Assembly: GCA_021432655.1 (NCBI GenBank)
Contig: MU271434.1
Span: 1-64,000 of the forward strand
Length of the DNA: 64,000 bases
Source: Atractiella rhizophila
Lineage: Eukaryota
Reading direction: 5' to 3'
Positions within the stretch are counted from its first letter, which is position 1, and each line of letters begins with the position of its first letter. The position numbers and the translations under genes are program-made. Of this stretch, positions 61,136-64,000 are shown one piece after another. The notes under the pieces were generated by a model. That model had not been told where the DNA came from. It did no database searches and worked only from the letters and a program-made list of their open reading frames with translations.

Positions 61136-62922
61136 TCAAGAAATGATACAGTTCTTTCCCTCATCCTCTTCCTCTCCTTTCTTCTCCCAAGGTTCCTCCC
61201 CAAGTTCAAACATGTACAGCGAGCCACCATAACACTTGATTTCGACAGCATCCTTGTCAGGAATCACCTCCAACCCATCCCTCGTAACGACAGTCATCGC
61301 TCTCACGATGCCGCCGCTTCCCCTCCTCCCCGTTTCCTCCTCGCTATCCTCAGCATCCTGCTCCTCCTCCTGCACCGGAAAGTTGTATCCGCTCGCCGCT
61401 TTCTTTCCTTTCGGTTTGTTGAGAATCTCTCCGACTCCAATACCCTGGTCTAATTGCCAGAGGTTGAGACGTTTGCGCATTAGGGGAGAGGGGCGGAAGA
61501 CTCCTCCTTTGATTTTGAAGGAGAGCGGACCGGAGAATTGTGGTGGGAGGAAGAGCTGGATGTTGCCGTTGGACGACCGAAGGTGAAGTGTTACGAGCTG
61601 TTTTGAATGTCGCGAGAACTGTAACGTACCATCATCAGAATCGTACAATTCAGGGGAAGGGAAGCACAGAAAAGAGGAAGGTCATAACGTACGATTTCGG
61701 TTTTCACGTTCCCATTCCCACTTCCGACGACAATATGTGTCCTCGTCTTCAGCTTCTTCTTCGGCGGCTGCTCCTTGCTCTTCCCATCCTTACACTCAAA
61801 CCGACTCTTCACATGTCCACTCTCAGAAAATATATAAGCACTAGAGGTGTACCAGAAACCCTTGCTATCATCAGCGGGTGGATAGCGTCTTTTCATCATG
61901 GGTCCAGCTGACGGAGGAGTGGAAAATGGTTGTTGCTTAATCGACGGATCGAGAGTGAAGCAACCTGAGAGGCTATCGGAGGCGGATATGAGACGGAGAT
62001 GGGACAGGGGAGGTTGAGAAGGTTCGAAAGGCTGGATCACACGTTTTCCATTCGTCGTCGAAGGAGTGCCAGGGGAGTCAAGCGTTCCATTCGCGTTTGC
62101 ATTCGAGGCGGAACGAGACCGTCGTGAGACTAAGGACGGAGCAGGAGAGGGTGTGCGAGTCGTAAGAGTCGGAACTGAGAGTTGGATCGGTCCCCCAGTC
62201 GCGACTACGGTGCCGGTAGAACTTTCGGGAAAGGAGGGAGTGCGGGATATGCCAGAGTTGAGCGTACTTGACGACTGTTTCGAATTCAACTTCCTGCTCG
62301 ACTTCATCTTCGCAGGTGGGGTAGGTGCAGGCGGTGGTATTTCAGGGTGATACGTGGTGTAAGGGGTTTCAGAGGGATTGTGAAGTTGCAACTTGGAAGT
62401 GGACGCAGTCGGAAGTGGCGGCGATGGAGTCGGTTTCATGAGAGGTGGAGTCGGCGCGGCAGGCGGTACAGGTGGGGCTGGAGGTAATGGCGGCACAGGA
62501 GGCATCGGCGGTTGAAAATGGGAGGATGATGGAGTTGAAGACTGTCGAAGTCGCTCCATCGCACCTGCAAGGGCAGGAATCCGTGCGGAGGATGGAGAAG
62601 GGGACGGAGGAACTGGTATTGGCTGCCTCGGTGGTAGACTAGGTGGAGAAGAGGTAGGATCAGGAAGCTCCTCGACATACTCTTCATAGGCTGGAGGAGC
62701 AGTCATGGTGCTCAATACGGAAAAGCTGCGATCAAGGCTTGCGCCAGCGCCGCGGGAGGAGGTGGTAGCCAGGTGGAAGGACGCATGATTCGTGATGGGA
62801 TGACTAGGGAGTGGTCGCACGACCCGCCCAGAAGAGAAAGTGCTGCTACTGGTACTGCTGGGTGGGCGAGAGGTTGCCTGAGGTGGTACCATCTTGACAT
62901 GGCCGTTTTCATCGACAATCAT
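61136..62922 (-). CDS. Uncharacterised Pro/Ser-rich protein with beta-rich C-terminal domain
   Basis: Two long exons; PPAY motif; LSGCFTLDP, LHLRSSNGNIQLFLPPQFSGPL; ends in CIIS (CaaX-like). Confidence 0.75.
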
Positions 62923-63589
62923 ATTGACTGCTCTTCTGCACTACACAAGCAAGAAGTCAGTTCCAACCCAGGACTGATGGCAAAGACATCTCCGTGGTAT
63001 CTTCGGACCTCGCTAGCGTATAGACAATTCTGACGGAACAGAATCAATCATACAGAAAGGCCATTCCATTCTGGTTGATATGGCGTATGCCGATAGTTGC
63101 ACGGCTGTTAACCAAACATATTGCTAGGGAGGCATAATCGAATGCTTTTTTATCATAGCCAACCATCAACTACTTTCTCCCCCTCCCTCCCAAAATCCTC
63201 AGAAGCAACTGGACCCACCTGGAGACTGAAGTTCAAACACCGTAACGTTTCAAGCAGAGGACCAAGCAATCGCCAAAGTCAACAGGCAGTATTTCTTCTG
63301 TATTTCAGCTTGCACACCGCTCGGAATGTCGTATCTGCGCTGGTCCGGCCTTTGAAACCCTTGTCGTCGCTGAAGAAGCTGTTGATTCCTGATTCCTGAA
63401 TGGGACACGACTCACAGATCCGAACATGAATTCCGTCCGCCAGACAAGGGAAACATTTATTTCTTGAACACGCACATCAACACCAGCTAAAAAGTAGACA
63501 TTTACTATAAACCAATAATATTCTTGTTGGCACGTTTGTCCAATGCTTCCGGTGTATGCTGACGAATTTTTAGCACCTGAAACTGTCCA

Positions 63590-64000
63590 ATGTCGCTCAC
63601 ATTCGTTCGTCGAGCTTCAACGACTGCTCCGAGAGCTGCAAAAGCGCTGCCCACACTCCCAATCAACTTTTCAACGCTCCTACCCGCTGGGTACGAAGTC
63701 TCCTCCGTACTCATCCCTCCTCCCATCCCTCGAAAGTCCAAAAAACCGTCAGCAGCGCGCGACTACCTCTTCAACCACTACCGGAACGTGATAGGTTCGA
63801 CAGAGACAGAAAAGACGCCCGTCCTCCTCTTCTTCCAACACAAGGATTTTTCGACCAGCGAGTGGAGCGCGTTGAGGGAAGAGGTGTCGAAGGTGTGGAA
63901 GAAGGAGGTGGAACGGTTGAAGAAGTTGGACCCTGCTTTGAAGGAGGTGTTGGAGGATGAAGGGATGGGGAAACCCAAGATCACCGTGGTTAGGAAGACG
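63590..64000 (+). CDS. MRPL11: Mitochondrial ribosomal protein uL10m (partial)
   Basis: Open frame to the window edge: presequence MSLTFVRRAS, YLFNHY, VLLFFQHKDF..SEWSALR, KITVVR. Confidence 0.7.
   Translation, partial: MSLTFVRRASTTAPRAAKALPTLPINFSTLLPAGYEVSSVLIPPPIPRKSKKPSAARDYLFNHYRNVIGSTETEKTPVLLFFQHKDFSTSEWSALREEVSKVWKKEVERLKKLDPALKEVLEDEGMGKPKITVVRKT

Noticed and set aside
63778..63984. Minus-strand 68-aa ORF
   Set aside because: Antisense to the uL10m-like frame.

Overview
Gene-dense, intron-rich fungal nuclear DNA, most likely a basidiomycete (Pucciniomycotina-like; inferred, not proven). Most introns are about 45-70 bp, so the supplied ORFs are mostly exon fragments; gene models below were spliced by eye. 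Recognisable genes, left to right: GH43 glycosidase (partial), FAR1/WRKY-fold protein, TIM10, PDK/BCKDK kinase, APH-like kinase, probable MED1, DUF2462 protein, phospholipase-B-like SGNH lipase, U1-C, a chromodomain + Zn2Cys6 protein, a Zn2Cys6 transcription factor, a large coiled-coil protein, two F-box-like genes, ANT1-like carrier, thiolase, tRNA-Lys(UUU), PaaI thioesterase, HAM1, two tandem class I HDACs, a third F-box-like gene, SEC10, a Pro/Ser-rich protein and mitochondrial uL10m (partial). The 2-8 kb region is rearranged: a chimeric captured gene fragment next to a TpA-rich decayed element. Best leads: a ~650-nt highly base-paired intergenic element containing TTAGGGTTAGGGT (38.7-39.3 kb), a 667-nt structured intron, the chromo-Zn2Cys6 fusion, and HDAC paralogs with substitutions in the FPGTG motif and a shared intronic element.
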